Source: Nostoc sp. DedSLP01 (lineage in GTDB: Bacteria > Cyanobacteriota > Cyanobacteriia > Cyanobacteriales > Nostocaceae). From it: DNA of 64,000 bases. The notes under the pieces were generated by a model. It had not been told where the DNA came from. It did no database searches and worked only from the letters and a program-made list of their open reading frames with translations. Every line of letters starts with the position of its first letter. The stretch's first letter is position 1. This document shows positions 49,443-60,331 of this stretch, piece after piece. The stretch spans positions 64,001-128,000 of the forward strand of contig JAVRCJ020000021.1 in the NCBI GenBank assembly GCA_034530875.2, in the 5' to 3' direction. The translations under genes and the position numbers were made by a program.

Positions 49443-50957
49443 ATGACAAGTGCAAAAATTTTAGTTGTCGAAGATGAAGCTATTGTCGCCAAAGACTTAC
49501 AATATCGGCTAAATAAATTTGGTTATACGGTTCCTATTATAGCTTCTTCAGGAGAAGAAGCTATTAATAAAGCAGTAGAAATTTCACCAGATTTGGTGCT
49601 TATGGATATTAAGCTCAAAGGTAAAATGGATGGAATAGAAGCTGCTCAAGAAATCTCCAAACGTTTGGATATTCCAGTCATTTATTTGACCGCTTATGCA
49701 GACGATAATACATTAGAAAGAGCTAAGATAACTGAGCCATTTGGTTATCTACTTAAACCTTTTAAAGAAAAGGAACTAAAAACCAATATTGAAATAGCTC
49801 TAATTAAACATCGTTTAGAAAAGCAACTGAAAGCAAATAAAAAATGGCTGGACGCACTTCTCAAAAGTATCAGTGATGGTGTAATTGCTAGCGACCTACA
49901 ACAATTGGTAACTTTTATGAATCCTGTGGCGGAAAATCTCACAGGATGGAAACAGGAAGAAGCTTGCGGTAGAAATTCATCGGAAGTATTTAATATTGCC
50001 GACGCAGAAACTCATACTCCTCTAGAAAATCCGATAACAAAAGTTATTCAAGATGGTAATATTGTTCACCTTCCCATAGACACGATTTTGATTGCAAAAG
50101 ATGGCGCGACAATACCAATTAATGATAGTGCTGCACCAATTAAAGATGAGAAAGATCGGATTACGGGTGCTGTGGTAATCTTTCGGGATATTACCGAGCA
50201 AAAACAAGCAATTGAAGCACGTAAAAAGCAAATTGAGCAGGAGCAACTTGTGAGTCAATTAGAAGAAATAAATGAACTCAAAAATGACTTCTTGAGTTTA
50301 GTTTCTCATGAATTGCGATCGCCTCTGAGTAATATTAAAGTCATGATTCAGTTGTTACAAACTTCTACAGCGATGGAGGAAACTCAGCACTATCTAGAAC
50401 TAATGGATGCCGAGTGCGATCGCGAGCTAGAATTAATCGACGATTTACTAGACTTACAACGCCTAGAAAGCTTATCCGACCCGATTATTACACCAGATGC
50501 CTTGTTGTTACAACAATGGCTACCTTGGGTAATTGAGCCATTTCAAATCCGTATTCAAGAACACCAGCAAATTTTACAGGTAAATCTTCCAGCAAATCTG
50601 CCGCCACTTTCCTCAGACGGCACTACCTTAGAACGAATTTTAGTAGAATTGCTCAATAATGCCTGTAAATACACACCAGCTCGTGGTGAAATTGTCCTCA
50701 GCGTAAGTCACGATTCTTCACAAACCCCCGCAAGAACTATTATCACTATCAGTAATTCAGTAGAAATTCCCGCAACAGAATTACCACGAATCTTTGAAAA
50801 ATTTTATCGTATCCGTAACGCAGACATTTGGAATCAAGGTGGTTCGGGATTAGGTTTACCCATAGTAGAAAAATTAGTCCAACAACTGCAAGGAAACATT
50901 CAAGTAGAAAGCAGCAACGGATGGACGACTTTCATCCTCACGTTACCTGATTTATAG
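49443..50957 (+). CDS. Hybrid REC-PAS-histidine kinase
   Basis: ILVVEDE, LMDI, KPF receiver; PAS; SHELRSPL; GSGLGL. Confidence 0.92.
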   Translation: MTSAKILVVEDEAIVAKDLQYRLNKFGYTVPIIASSGEEAINKAVEISPDLVLMDIKLKGKMDGIEAAQEISKRLDIPVIYLTAYADDNTLERAKITEPFGYLLKPFKEKELKTNIEIALIKHRLEKQLKANKKWLDALLKSISDGVIASDLQQLVTFMNPVAENLTGWKQEEACGRNSSEVFNIADAETHTPLENPITKVIQDGNIVHLPIDTILIAKDGATIPINDSAAPIKDEKDRITGAVVIFRDITEQKQAIEARKKQIEQEQLVSQLEEINELKNDFLSLVSHELRSPLSNIKVMIQLLQTSTAMEETQHYLELMDAECDRELELIDDLLDLQRLESLSDPIITPDALLLQQWLPWVIEPFQIRIQEHQQILQVNLPANLPPLSSDGTTLERILVELLNNACKYTPARGEIVLSVSHDSSQTPARTIITISNSVEIPATELPRIFEKFYRIRNADIWNQGGSGLGLPIVEKLVQQLQGNIQVESSNGWTTFILTLPDL

Positions 50958-51391
50958 TATTCCTGAGACACGATTAATCGCGTCTCAGTACAAAACTTAT
51001 TCTCTCCCGACTTCGCCACAGCCTTAAATTTGACACAGGCACAGTTTTGTATTACGCTGTGCTACAATCTCCTTAGTTAGACTAAAGATTTCTCCCAACT
51101 AGCTGGTTCCAAGTGAGAAAGAGAGTGCATTTACAGCCTTTATTATCTATCTAGCTTGATTACTGACAATTTGAATTGCAACAAGGAGTTAATGACAAAG
51201 AATTTGGCAGGTTGGCGCAGCAGTGGCTATTTGTAAAAAGTGTATATTCATTTACCAGTGTAATTGTTGCAATTAATCTACACTTTTGCTGTGGCGACTT
51301 GTGCGTAATTGGTTTATATTACGAGAAAACTTTTGTACAACCTCCTACATCATCACCAAGTAACTAGATAACGCTACATAAATAGATAAAT

Positions 51392-52594
51392 ATGGACTTT
51401 GACTATTATAGAAGTAATGATGGCACTCCTACGAATAATACTCGTCAAAGCTTACTTGCTAGCGGTTGGCGGCCGTTTCACCGAGAATTAGACTGGAATT
51501 TTGTATGGGATCTAGTATCTCATGATTCACGCGAACTAACTCAAAAAAGTTTGAATTTAGCAAGTAATATTGCTGAGATTTTGGGGCGAAATAATTATTC
51601 TTGGTGGGCAAATTTATTAAATGTCGTATCTGATAATACGCGTTACGAAATTGAAAAATTTTGGAATTACATTACACCAGATCCTCAATCACCGGATCAT
51701 CGCTACAAAGATGTTTTGAGTACAGAAACACCGATTGTTCAATTCGTCAGTCGGAGCAGTATTCCCATTGATTACGTTCTTAACCGATTGCAAGAAATTA
51801 CTGTATTGCGAGTTTTACATTTGTTAGCTCGTCCTGATATTATTACTCAATATTATTCAGAAAGAGATTTTTACTTTCCTGTAGAAAAGTTTTTTAGCTG
51901 GGAACGGTTAGATGTAATTAATACTGTTTATGCTTACTGGGCTAAAGAAGACGTTTGGTTGCAAATTGACCCTTACGATCGCGGACGACGACAATATACT
52001 TTAATGGCGAGAAATTTAGCGCCATTAATTAACAAAGGAACTTACGACTTAGCAGTAATGCTGAGTGGATATCAAAGTCGTGTCGGCAAAGTTCACAGTC
52101 AATTTCCTATTCGCACATTTCCAGAAGATATCCAAAACTTTACTGATTCTGTACAGCAAGCAATTCTCAATCAAAATCAGTTAGCAGTTCTCGTACATGG
52201 AGAACCAGGAACGGGTAAAACAGCTTGGACGCAAGCAGTAGCAAAAGAAATTCTCGTACCTTTAGGTTTTGTAATTTTTATTTTAGATCACGATGCGATC
52301 GCCAATTTTGTCCCGCCTACTTACTTAGAACGGATTTGTATCGTCATCAACGAAGCTGATAATCTAGCGCAAAATCGTGCATCGGAAGTAGCGCAATACA
52401 ACAATAAAACCGAACACATTCTCAGTTTGTTGGATGGCACTTTGTATCAAAGCGTAATTGATGACTCTGGCATTCAGATGCAGCAAAGGTTAGTTGTCTT
52501 AATGACTTGCAATACAACTGAAAGATTAGATCCAGCCATGTTACGTAAAGGTAGAGTGGATTTAATGTATGAGTTTACGCAATTGTTTGTGTAA
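51392..52594 (+). CDS. AAA+ ATPase domain protein (variant Walker B)
   Basis: GEPGTGKT; IVINEAD; TCN...LDPAMLRKGRVD. Confidence 0.85.
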   Translation: MDFDYYRSNDGTPTNNTRQSLLASGWRPFHRELDWNFVWDLVSHDSRELTQKSLNLASNIAEILGRNNYSWWANLLNVVSDNTRYEIEKFWNYITPDPQSPDHRYKDVLSTETPIVQFVSRSSIPIDYVLNRLQEITVLRVLHLLARPDIITQYYSERDFYFPVEKFFSWERLDVINTVYAYWAKEDVWLQIDPYDRGRRQYTLMARNLAPLINKGTYDLAVMLSGYQSRVGKVHSQFPIRTFPEDIQNFTDSVQQAILNQNQLAVLVHGEPGTGKTAWTQAVAKEILVPLGFVIFILDHDAIANFVPPTYLERICIVINEADNLAQNRASEVAQYNNKTEHILSLLDGTLYQSVIDDSGIQMQQRLVVLMTCNTTERLDPAMLRKGRVDLMYEFTQLFV

Positions 52595-52622
52595 GAAGTA
52601 GAAGGCAGAAGGAAAAATAACT

Positions 52623-53843
52623 GTGAAAATTCAACAACTAATTACAGAAGCACTTAGTTTACCTAATAATGCGATCGCTTATCATATCAGTCAGGAATTA
52701 GCAGCAATTTATCCCCATAAAGGATTGGTAGAGGGTAACGATCCTACATTCAATTTGGAGAGATATACCCAGGTAAATCTATGCAGTCTCGAACAGAATA
52801 CCTTTATCCACAACCAGATTTTAACTAGCTGGGATGGGATGGAGCAAGAAATTTACCACCATACCGAAAATGCCAGTTTTGAAGTTGCATGGCAAGGACA
52901 CCAACTCGATATCCTTTTAATGAGTTGGCAAGAAGGTTATTGTAAAACTCGATATTATTGGATTTTGGCTGATACCAAACAAATAGCTGAAGAATTTTTT
53001 GTTGCTGTTTGTGAGTGGAATTCCGAAATTCGTGAGGAAGTTTTAGTATTTGAAGATGGTTATTGGGAAAAAGATGAAGACTTATTCCAATCAATTCAAG
53101 GTGCTACTTTTGAGAATCTGATTTTGCACGGTAATCTCAAAGAAGATATTCAAGATGACTTGAATGCATTCTTTGCATCCCGTGAAACTTACGCAGCTTA
53201 TGGCGTACCTTGGAAGCGGGGTATTTTATTCATTGGTTCGCCAGGAAATGGCAAAACCCACACAGTAAAAGCATTGATTAATCAAATGCAACAACCTTGC
53301 TTGTACGTGAAAAGCTTCAAATCTGAATATGACACCGATAGCGAAAATATTCGGAAAGTCTTCAAACAAGCTAGGCAATCAGCACCTTGTATTTTAGTAT
53401 TAGAAGATATCGATTCTCTGTTAACTGATGAAAATCGTTCCTTCTTTTTAAACGAACTGGATGGCTTCGCCTTAAACGAAGGAATTATCACCATTGCAAC
53501 TACAAATCATCCAGAACGTTTAGATTCAGCAATTAGCGATCGCCCCAGCCGGTTTGACCGCAAATATCACTTTGAGTTACCAGATGTTCTAGTTAGACAA
53601 GCTTATATCACATTGTGGAATCATAAATTAAAAACTGCAATGCAGTTGTCTGACGAAACTATAAATCGGATAGTGACATTAACAGATGGCTTTTCTTTCG
53701 CCTATCTCAAAGAACTATTTCTCTCATCGATGATTCGCTGGATGGCAACCTTAGAAGCAGGGGCAATGGAAAAAATTATGCTTTCTCAAGTTGCAGTTTT
53801 GCGAGAACAAATGAGCAGTACAACTATTAGTAGTGAAGCCTAA
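52623..53843 (+). CDS. AAA+ ATPase (BCS1-like)
   Basis: PWKRGILFIGSPGNGKT; LVLEDID; TTNHPERLD...RPSRFD. Confidence 0.9.
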   Translation: MKIQQLITEALSLPNNAIAYHISQELAAIYPHKGLVEGNDPTFNLERYTQVNLCSLEQNTFIHNQILTSWDGMEQEIYHHTENASFEVAWQGHQLDILLMSWQEGYCKTRYYWILADTKQIAEEFFVAVCEWNSEIREEVLVFEDGYWEKDEDLFQSIQGATFENLILHGNLKEDIQDDLNAFFASRETYAAYGVPWKRGILFIGSPGNGKTHTVKALINQMQQPCLYVKSFKSEYDTDSENIRKVFKQARQSAPCILVLEDIDSLLTDENRSFFLNELDGFALNEGIITIATTNHPERLDSAISDRPSRFDRKYHFELPDVLVRQAYITLWNHKLKTAMQLSDETINRIVTLTDGFSFAYLKELFLSSMIRWMATLEAGAMEKIMLSQVAVLREQMSSTTISSEA

Positions 53844-53870
53844 GGAAACTAGGAGATACTGCTTACCTTT

Positions 53871-53992
53871 ATATCCCCCTAAATTCCCCTTAAAAAGGGG
53901 TACTTTAAGAAGCTTTCCCCCATTTTTAAGGGGGGCTTGGGGGGATCGACAAGTGCCTAAAATCACAGCTAACCACTTTTCAAACAACCTCT
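53871..53992 (-). mobile_element. Partial MITE-like element, family A
   Basis: Reverse-complement similarity to 43416-43540; only one TIR present. Confidence 0.65.
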
Positions 53993-54063
53993 TAGTGTAA
54001 CTGACGCTGTTGGTGGTTTAACTGGTTTTTAGAAAGGTTTTTGACTCTAACTGAGCCTATTGA

Positions 54064-54264
54064 TTAATAACCTTCTATTTTAAAACCAGCGGATTGAATT
54101 ATCTGTTTAATTGACTCTTCAGAAGCCGCAGTGTCTACAGTTACAGTTTTAGAATCAACGTTCACGTCTACTTTGGCATCAGATTCCATAGTCTGAATAG
54201 ATTGAGTTATTTTTTTGGCGCAATCATTACCTTTAATATTCGGAACTTTCAATTGAATTGTCAT
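54064..54264 (-). CDS. HMA-domain (CopZ/Atx1-like) protein with degenerate metal motif
   Basis: MTIQLKVPNI..., VDV...KTVTV, I..AGF fold pattern; only one Cys. Confidence 0.8.
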   Translation of the reverse strand: MTIQLKVPNIKGNDCAKKITQSIQTMESDAKVDVNVDSKTVTVDTAASEESIKQIIQSAGFKIEGY

Positions 54265-54890
54265 TACTTCCTCGCTAAATCGAATAGAATTTTTATTTCA
54301 CAAATATAATAAAGGTTGAGATAGCAAGTACACATCTTACTATAGTGAGGTAATTGTGCATCCTCAAGATAGTTATAAATAATATTTCTACTTCAATAGT
54401 TTTTCTGAGAATTGTGGAACAGGAAAAGAAAATAAAATACCAAAATATATAAATTTTATTTGTGAAAATATACTTAGTAATACTAACTTCTAAAAAGTAA
54501 CTGATTGAGTTAGGAATGAAGACTATACTAGAGATTGTAGATTTTGCTATCGGCGTTTTTGTGCTGCATAGTTTTTCTTGCAGCACTGCCCGAAGATATA
54601 AATATTTATACGTAAGGCACGAAGCTTTTTATCTGTAATTTTTAACTGTTTTTATGCTTTAGCTACTTCTGTTTAACTCTTAGAGCATATATATATCCAA
54701 AAACAGCTACCTTGTGGCATATATCTGTTGATTGCAGCAGTTTATTGAAATTAATATACTGTTGCCCTTGGACAAAGAGGAGTTTTGCTCAACCATATTA
54801 TTGAAAATAATTTAGTTAAATCGCCCAGATTGACGTATTTACCTGTAGCATCATCAATAAATAAGAGCAAGAATATTTAACTCATCATCA

Positions 54891-55862
54891 ATGCCACAGC
54901 AGGATTCCGTAACCATAACTGATATCCAAGCAGCACAAGCGCGACTTTTAGGAATTGCCCACCGTACACCCGTGCTGACTTCTAGAACTGTTAACGATCG
55001 CACTCATAGCCAAGTGTTTTTTAAATGCGAAAATTTTCAACGTACTGGTTCGTTTAAATTTCGAGGTGCTTACAACGCTTTAGCACAACTCTCAGCAGCA
55101 CAAAAACAAGCAGGCGTCGTCACTTTTTCATCGGGAAATCATGCCCAAGCGATCGCCTTAGCTGGAAAATTACTAAATATTCCTGCTACTATTGTTATGC
55201 CTGATGATGCGCCAGCTGTTAAGCAAACTGCTACTCGCAGTTATGGTGCAGAGATAATTTTGTACAATCGCCAAACAACCAACCGCGAAGAATTAGCCCA
55301 AAATTTAGCAAGCGACAAGAATCTCACACTGATTCCACCATACGATCGTCCTCATATAATCGCAGGACAAGGCACAGCAGCTTTAGAACTAATTCAAGAA
55401 GTTGGGGAATTGGACTTAGTGTTAGTTTGTTGTGGCGGTGGTGGGTTACTTTCTGGTAATGCGATCGCTACCAAAGCACTTTTACCTGATTGTAAAGTAA
55501 TCGGCGTCGAACCAACACTTGCCGACGATGCTACCCGTTCCTTTCACAGTAAAACCCTGCAAACTGTAAAAAATCCCAATACCATCGCAGACGGTGCCCG
55601 CACTCCTAGCCTTGGTAAAATTACTTTTCCCCTAGTGTTGCGCTACGTCGATGATATGGCAACCGTATCTGAAGAAGCCATTGTTCGCACCATGTTTTTC
55701 TTGTGGGAACGTCTGAAAATTGTCGTGGAACCAACTGGAGTACTCGCCGCCGCAGCCTTACTCGAAGGTGTCGTCACAGCACCACAAGCAAAGGTTGGTG
55801 TCATCATCAGCGGTGGAAACGTAGATTTGGCACAAGTTAGTAAATTGTTTTCTCAGTGTTGA
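54891..55862 (+). CDS. PLP-dependent Ser/Thr dehydratase family (threo-3-hydroxyaspartate ammonia-lyase-like)
   Basis: KCENFQRTGSFKFRGA, SSGNHAQ, GGGGL, SGGNVD. Confidence 0.9.
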   Translation: MPQQDSVTITDIQAAQARLLGIAHRTPVLTSRTVNDRTHSQVFFKCENFQRTGSFKFRGAYNALAQLSAAQKQAGVVTFSSGNHAQAIALAGKLLNIPATIVMPDDAPAVKQTATRSYGAEIILYNRQTTNREELAQNLASDKNLTLIPPYDRPHIIAGQGTAALELIQEVGELDLVLVCCGGGGLLSGNAIATKALLPDCKVIGVEPTLADDATRSFHSKTLQTVKNPNTIADGARTPSLGKITFPLVLRYVDDMATVSEEAIVRTMFFLWERLKIVVEPTGVLAAAALLEGVVTAPQAKVGVIISGGNVDLAQVSKLFSQC

Positions 55863-56170
55863 TGAAAATATACAAGAGACGTTGCAATGCAACGTTTCTA
55901 CTGATTGTTTTGCACCAAATCGTAGATTTGGTGGGGGTCTTAAACCCAGTTATTCAGACGCTACGCTCGAATACTCGCTAACGCTGCGCTATCGCGGACA
56001 CGGCGAATCGCTGCTCTATCCGCCAGTCGTACAGGATTCATACTGAATTCTGACTCCTGAATTCTATCTTGATAAAATTAGCAATACCGGAATTCTTCTG
56101 TTTCCCTTTCTCTGTTCAGAAAGTAAACTAGGGTTTTGCTAAAATACTTTACATATATTAAGAAATTTAA

Positions 56171-57502
56171 ATGCAATTACTCAATATCACCTTTATGAAG
56201 GCTGTTCTTAAAGATTCAGAGCAACCAACTAGGTTCTTTTCTCACCTGAGATTTGATGGAAATAAGCTCAATCATCAACCAGGTAGTGTATTGGGAAGCA
56301 CAGCATTGATTGCGGGAACTACGGTAGGTGCGGGAATTCTGGCTCTACCAGCCGTCACCCTGCCGTCAGGAATTTTGCCATCTACATTTGGGTTGATTGC
56401 TGTTTGGCTTTACGCTTTAGTTTCAGGTTTATTAATTGCAGAGGTGACTTTAAACACCATACGTCTAGAAGGACGCCCGAGTATAGGTCTGTTGGGAGTT
56501 GTGGAAAAGACGCTGGGAAAGTTGGGGGCGCGATTTGCTAGCGGCGCATATTTATTTATGCACTACGCTCTGTTGGTAGCATACATTACCCAAGGCGGAG
56601 AAATTTTAGGAACTGCGATCGCCAAACTTTGGGGCGTGGAAAACTTCTTGCCTGCGTGGGTGGGTACAACAACCTTCACGCTAATCTTTGGCGGTATTAT
56701 GTATCTTGGGCGAGAAAAGTTTATTGAGAAATTAAATAGCGCCTTTGTCGGAATTGTCATTGTTTCCTTTTTGGGATTGCTATTACTAGCAGCAGGGCAA
56801 GTTAAGAGTAGCCAATTATTAATTCAGAATTGGAGTGCCCTCGGTAGTGCGGTTTCGGTGATGTGTGTAGCGCTATTTTATCAAAACGTTGTGCCGGTAG
56901 TTGTGACGCAACTTGAAGGAGATGCCCGCAAAATTCGCCAGTCTATTTTTATTGGTTCGTTGATTCCCCTAATCATGTTCTTGGCGTGGAATGCTGTAAT
57001 TTTGGCAAGCGTTAATCCCGATATACTACACAGCGCTGGGGGTAAAACTGTTTTTGACCCACTGCAAATTTTGCGAGCTGGTGGTGCGGGAGAATGGTTA
57101 GGAGTGTTAGTATCAGTGTTTTCAGAGTTTGCGATCGCCACATCATTCATTGGATTTGTATACGGATTATTAGATCTATTCAAAGATATTTTTCTGATTG
57201 CACAAACTAAAATTTCTAGTCGCCTACCCCTGTATTCGCTGGTGCTTTTTCCTCCAATGACCCTTGGTACCCTCAATCCCAGCATCTTTTTTACTGCCCT
57301 AGATTACACTGGAACCTTCAGCATCTCAGTTCTAGGTGGAATTATTCCAGCATTAATGACTTGGAAGCAACGTCAACAGCAAAAAAACTCGCTTCACATC
57401 AATCAACCACTCGTTCCGGGTGGTCAGGTTACACTCATGGCGATGATTGCAGTGGCATTAGTCTTGATAGTCAGACAGATTACCTCAATTTACACAAATT
57501 AA
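56171..57502 (+). CDS. Aromatic amino acid permease (TyrP/Mtr, HAAAP family)
   Basis: LIAGTTVGAGILALP; about 11 TM helices; AIATSFIG. Confidence 0.88.
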   Translation: MQLLNITFMKAVLKDSEQPTRFFSHLRFDGNKLNHQPGSVLGSTALIAGTTVGAGILALPAVTLPSGILPSTFGLIAVWLYALVSGLLIAEVTLNTIRLEGRPSIGLLGVVEKTLGKLGARFASGAYLFMHYALLVAYITQGGEILGTAIAKLWGVENFLPAWVGTTTFTLIFGGIMYLGREKFIEKLNSAFVGIVIVSFLGLLLLAAGQVKSSQLLIQNWSALGSAVSVMCVALFYQNVVPVVVTQLEGDARKIRQSIFIGSLIPLIMFLAWNAVILASVNPDILHSAGGKTVFDPLQILRAGGAGEWLGVLVSVFSEFAIATSFIGFVYGLLDLFKDIFLIAQTKISSRLPLYSLVLFPPMTLGTLNPSIFFTALDYTGTFSISVLGGIIPALMTWKQRQQQKNSLHINQPLVPGGQVTLMAMIAVALVLIVRQITSIYTN

Positions 57503-57574
57503 AGCTATCAATCAAGATTGTGATGTAGTATTCCAGTGTAATATTGTAGTATTCAACATCGTAATCAGAATCAA

Positions 57575-58120
57575 ATGAGCGATCCTCGAGTTATAAAAAT
57601 TAGTAAATATCTGAGCAAATATCTGCGACACACGCCGGAGGAAATTGGCATTGAACTTGCTCCTGGTGGTTGGGTTGCGGTTGAAAAACTACTTACAGCT
57701 TGTGCTAAAAACAAGTTTCTCATTAGCCGTCAGGAATTACAACTAGTAGTTGAATCTAACGATAAACAACGCTTTTCTTTTGATTCCACAGGTACTTTGA
57801 TTCGTGCTAATCAAGGACATAGTGTGGAAGTTGATTTGCAATTAGAAGCTGTTGTACCGCCAGATTTGCTTTATCACGGTACGGGACATAAATCTGTAGA
57901 GTCAATTTTAGAAAAAGGACTTTGCAAAATGTCGCGTCACCACGTTCATTTATCGAGGGATATTGCTACAGCTCAAAAAGTAGGAGCAAGGCATGGAAAA
58001 CCAGTAGTTTTTATTGTAGATGCTGCGGCAATGCATCAGGCAGGTTATATCTTTTATTGTTCTGATAATGGTGTTTGGTTAGTGGATAGCGTGCCAACTG
58101 AATATTTACAACAAATTTAA
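57575..58120 (+). CDS. kptA: RNA 2'-phosphotransferase (Tpt1/KptA)
   Basis: SKYLRH, DKQRF, IRANQGHS, YHGT, RHHVHLS, NGVWL. Confidence 0.95.
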   Translation: MSDPRVIKISKYLSKYLRHTPEEIGIELAPGGWVAVEKLLTACAKNKFLISRQELQLVVESNDKQRFSFDSTGTLIRANQGHSVEVDLQLEAVVPPDLLYHGTGHKSVESILEKGLCKMSRHHVHLSRDIATAQKVGARHGKPVVFIVDAAAMHQAGYIFYCSDNGVWLVDSVPTEYLQQI

Positions 58121-58354
58121 ACTCAAAAAATACATATATATAGTGGTAGCCAGATATGTTAGGACATAATGACAAGCTTAAATGCTAGGAATAGTAATAC
58201 TTTTACCTCCTGCCTCCTGCTATAAAACTCATATTTAATTTTTGAAATAGACACATCTAAAAACTCCACTAATTAAAAATTAGTGGAGTAATTCATATTA
58301 AACTATGTTCAATCAATCCTTATGAAAATTACGATTTACATCACACAAGCTAAA

Positions 58355-58537
58355 CTAGTCTATAGCTTTCTTGATTTCATCTTTGATGTTTTCTACAACA
58401 TGAATACCTTGGGCTTCAGCTTGTTTTGATTGTCCTTCAACTTTATCTTGGGGATTACCAGTTACTTCACCCACAACCTCTTGAATTTTTCCTTCAATAT
58501 TTTTTACAGTCGCTTCGATTCTTTTTTCAGCACTCAT
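58355..58537 (-). CDS. CsbD family stress protein
   Basis: KNIEGKIQE.VG.VTG...EG..KQ.E pattern. Confidence 0.88.
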   Translation of the reverse strand: MSAEKRIEATVKNIEGKIQEVVGEVTGNPQDKVEGQSKQAEAQGIHVVENIKDEIKKAID

Positions 58538-58973
58538 GGTTTTTTCTCCGATTTGTAGTTGGTTAAGCTATTAATTAATTTACTGGCAATGTACGTTTTT
58601 TTACTTCCATCAAGTGAACTAAAAATTAGGTAAATAATAGTATCTTCAGATAGATGCACAATGGCGCACCAGCATATAGTCTAAAAAATGAAAGCGTTAT
58701 AAATAAAATATATATATCTTAAAGAAGAAGTCCAAATACTATCAGTAGATAGATATGTAGGGGCGTACAACTGTTATTGGTGCCAACTTCAGCCTTGCCG
58801 TATAGAATTCGCAGCTATACAAACAAAATAGTTTGGTGCGGACTACTGTAAAATTAAGGTTTTTAACCCGGGTCGGTGCGCTTTGTTTGTATAAAAACGG
58901 TTTATAACCGCCTATTTCGCTTTGGTAATTGTAATGATATAAACAAAATTTCAAGAATAAGGAAAGTCAAGGA

Positions 58974-59861
58974 GTGGCAAAAAAACGTCATAAAAAAGTC
59001 TGGAAAAGTGAGATTAATGACATCATTCGCGGTGCTTGTGGAGGTTTTTTATTTGGTATACCTTTGCTGTATACAATGGAAGTTTGGTGGATTGGCTCGT
59101 TGGCAAAACCACAACAGATGATGATAGCGATCGCTCTGATGTTTATTGTAGTTTTCCTACTAAATCAAACAGAAGGTTTTCGCAAACGCAGATATACTTG
59201 GCAAGCCGGTCAAGCTGCAATGGATACCGTAGAAGCAATAGCGATCGGCATAGCTTGCTCTGCATTTATTCTATTACTATTACGAGAAATAACCCTAGAA
59301 ACTTCCCTGAGGGAATCTTTAGGAAAAATCATCTTTGAAAGTGTACCCTTTACTCTCGGCGTCGCATTAGCTAACCAGTTTTTGGGAGATACTAGAAACG
59401 ACAATGGTAACGAGCAAACAACACCTGCCAAAAATAATGGAGCGAAGAATCAGCAAAATGAAATAGACGCTACTTTAGCTGATATAGGTGCAACCGTAAT
59501 TGGTGCGATCGTGATTGCATTTAACATTGCGCCAACAGATGAAATTACAATGTTAGCAGCCGCAGCTTCACCAGCTTGGGAATTGGCAATTATCGCTGCA
59601 TCATTGCTAATTTCTTATGGCATCGTATTTCAGGCAGGCTTTTCCGACCAAAAAAAGCGAAGACAGCAAAAAGGCATTTTTCAAAGGCCATCTAGCGAAA
59701 CTATCGTGTCTTATTTAGTGTCGCTATTAGCAGGCGCTTTTATGCTGTGGTTCTTTCAAAAAGTGACTTTTAGCGACCCTTGGACAATGTGGTTAGACCA
59801 CACATTAATGTTAGGTTTACCTGCAACTATTGGTGGTGCAGCTGGTAGGTTAGCGATATGA
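58974..59861 (+). CDS. TIGR02587-type integral membrane protein
   Basis: GGFLFGIPLLYTMEVW, NIAPTDEI, LGLPATIGGAAGRL. Confidence 0.85.
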   Translation: MAKKRHKKVWKSEINDIIRGACGGFLFGIPLLYTMEVWWIGSLAKPQQMMIAIALMFIVVFLLNQTEGFRKRRYTWQAGQAAMDTVEAIAIGIACSAFILLLLREITLETSLRESLGKIIFESVPFTLGVALANQFLGDTRNDNGNEQTTPAKNNGAKNQQNEIDATLADIGATVIGAIVIAFNIAPTDEITMLAAAASPAWELAIIAASLLISYGIVFQAGFSDQKKRRQQKGIFQRPSSETIVSYLVSLLAGAFMLWFFQKVTFSDPWTMWLDHTLMLGLPATIGGAAGRLAI

Positions 59862-60262
59862 CTAAAGCAGAACAATCAGAACAACCAAAGCGTTCTCTTG
59901 CTGAGTGGGTGACATTTAGCATCGCCTCATTTATCCTAGCAATTATTGTGGGCTTGGTAGGCTACACTTGGCTGAACGAAAAAAATCAACCTCCTATCAT
60001 TTCTGTCAGCAAAAAAGAAACGATTCGGGAAATTGATGGACAATTTTATGTACCTTTTGAAGTCGTCAATACTGGAGGAGAAACAGCCGAGTCAGTTCAA
60101 ATTATGGCTGAGTTAATAATTGACGGTAAAGTTGCAGAATCAGGAGAACAACAAATTGACTTTTTATCTCGTGGCGAAACTGAAGAAGGCGCATTTTTAT
60201 TCAGCCAAAATCCCGGTCAGGGTAAGTTAAATCTGCGTATTGCTAGCTATAAATCACCATAA
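59858..60262 (+). CDS. TIGR02588-type membrane-anchored protein
   Basis: AEWVTF, N.GGETAESVQ, IDFL; ATGA overlap with upstream gene. Confidence 0.85.
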   Translation: MTKAEQSEQPKRSLAEWVTFSIASFILAIIVGLVGYTWLNEKNQPPIISVSKKETIREIDGQFYVPFEVVNTGGETAESVQIMAELIIDGKVAESGEQQIDFLSRGETEEGAFLFSQNPGQGKLNLRIASYKSP

Positions 60263-60331
60263 TGTCATTAGTCATTGGCAAAGTATAAAAGGCTAATGAC
60301 TAATGACTAATAACTAATCACGATCGCCAGC

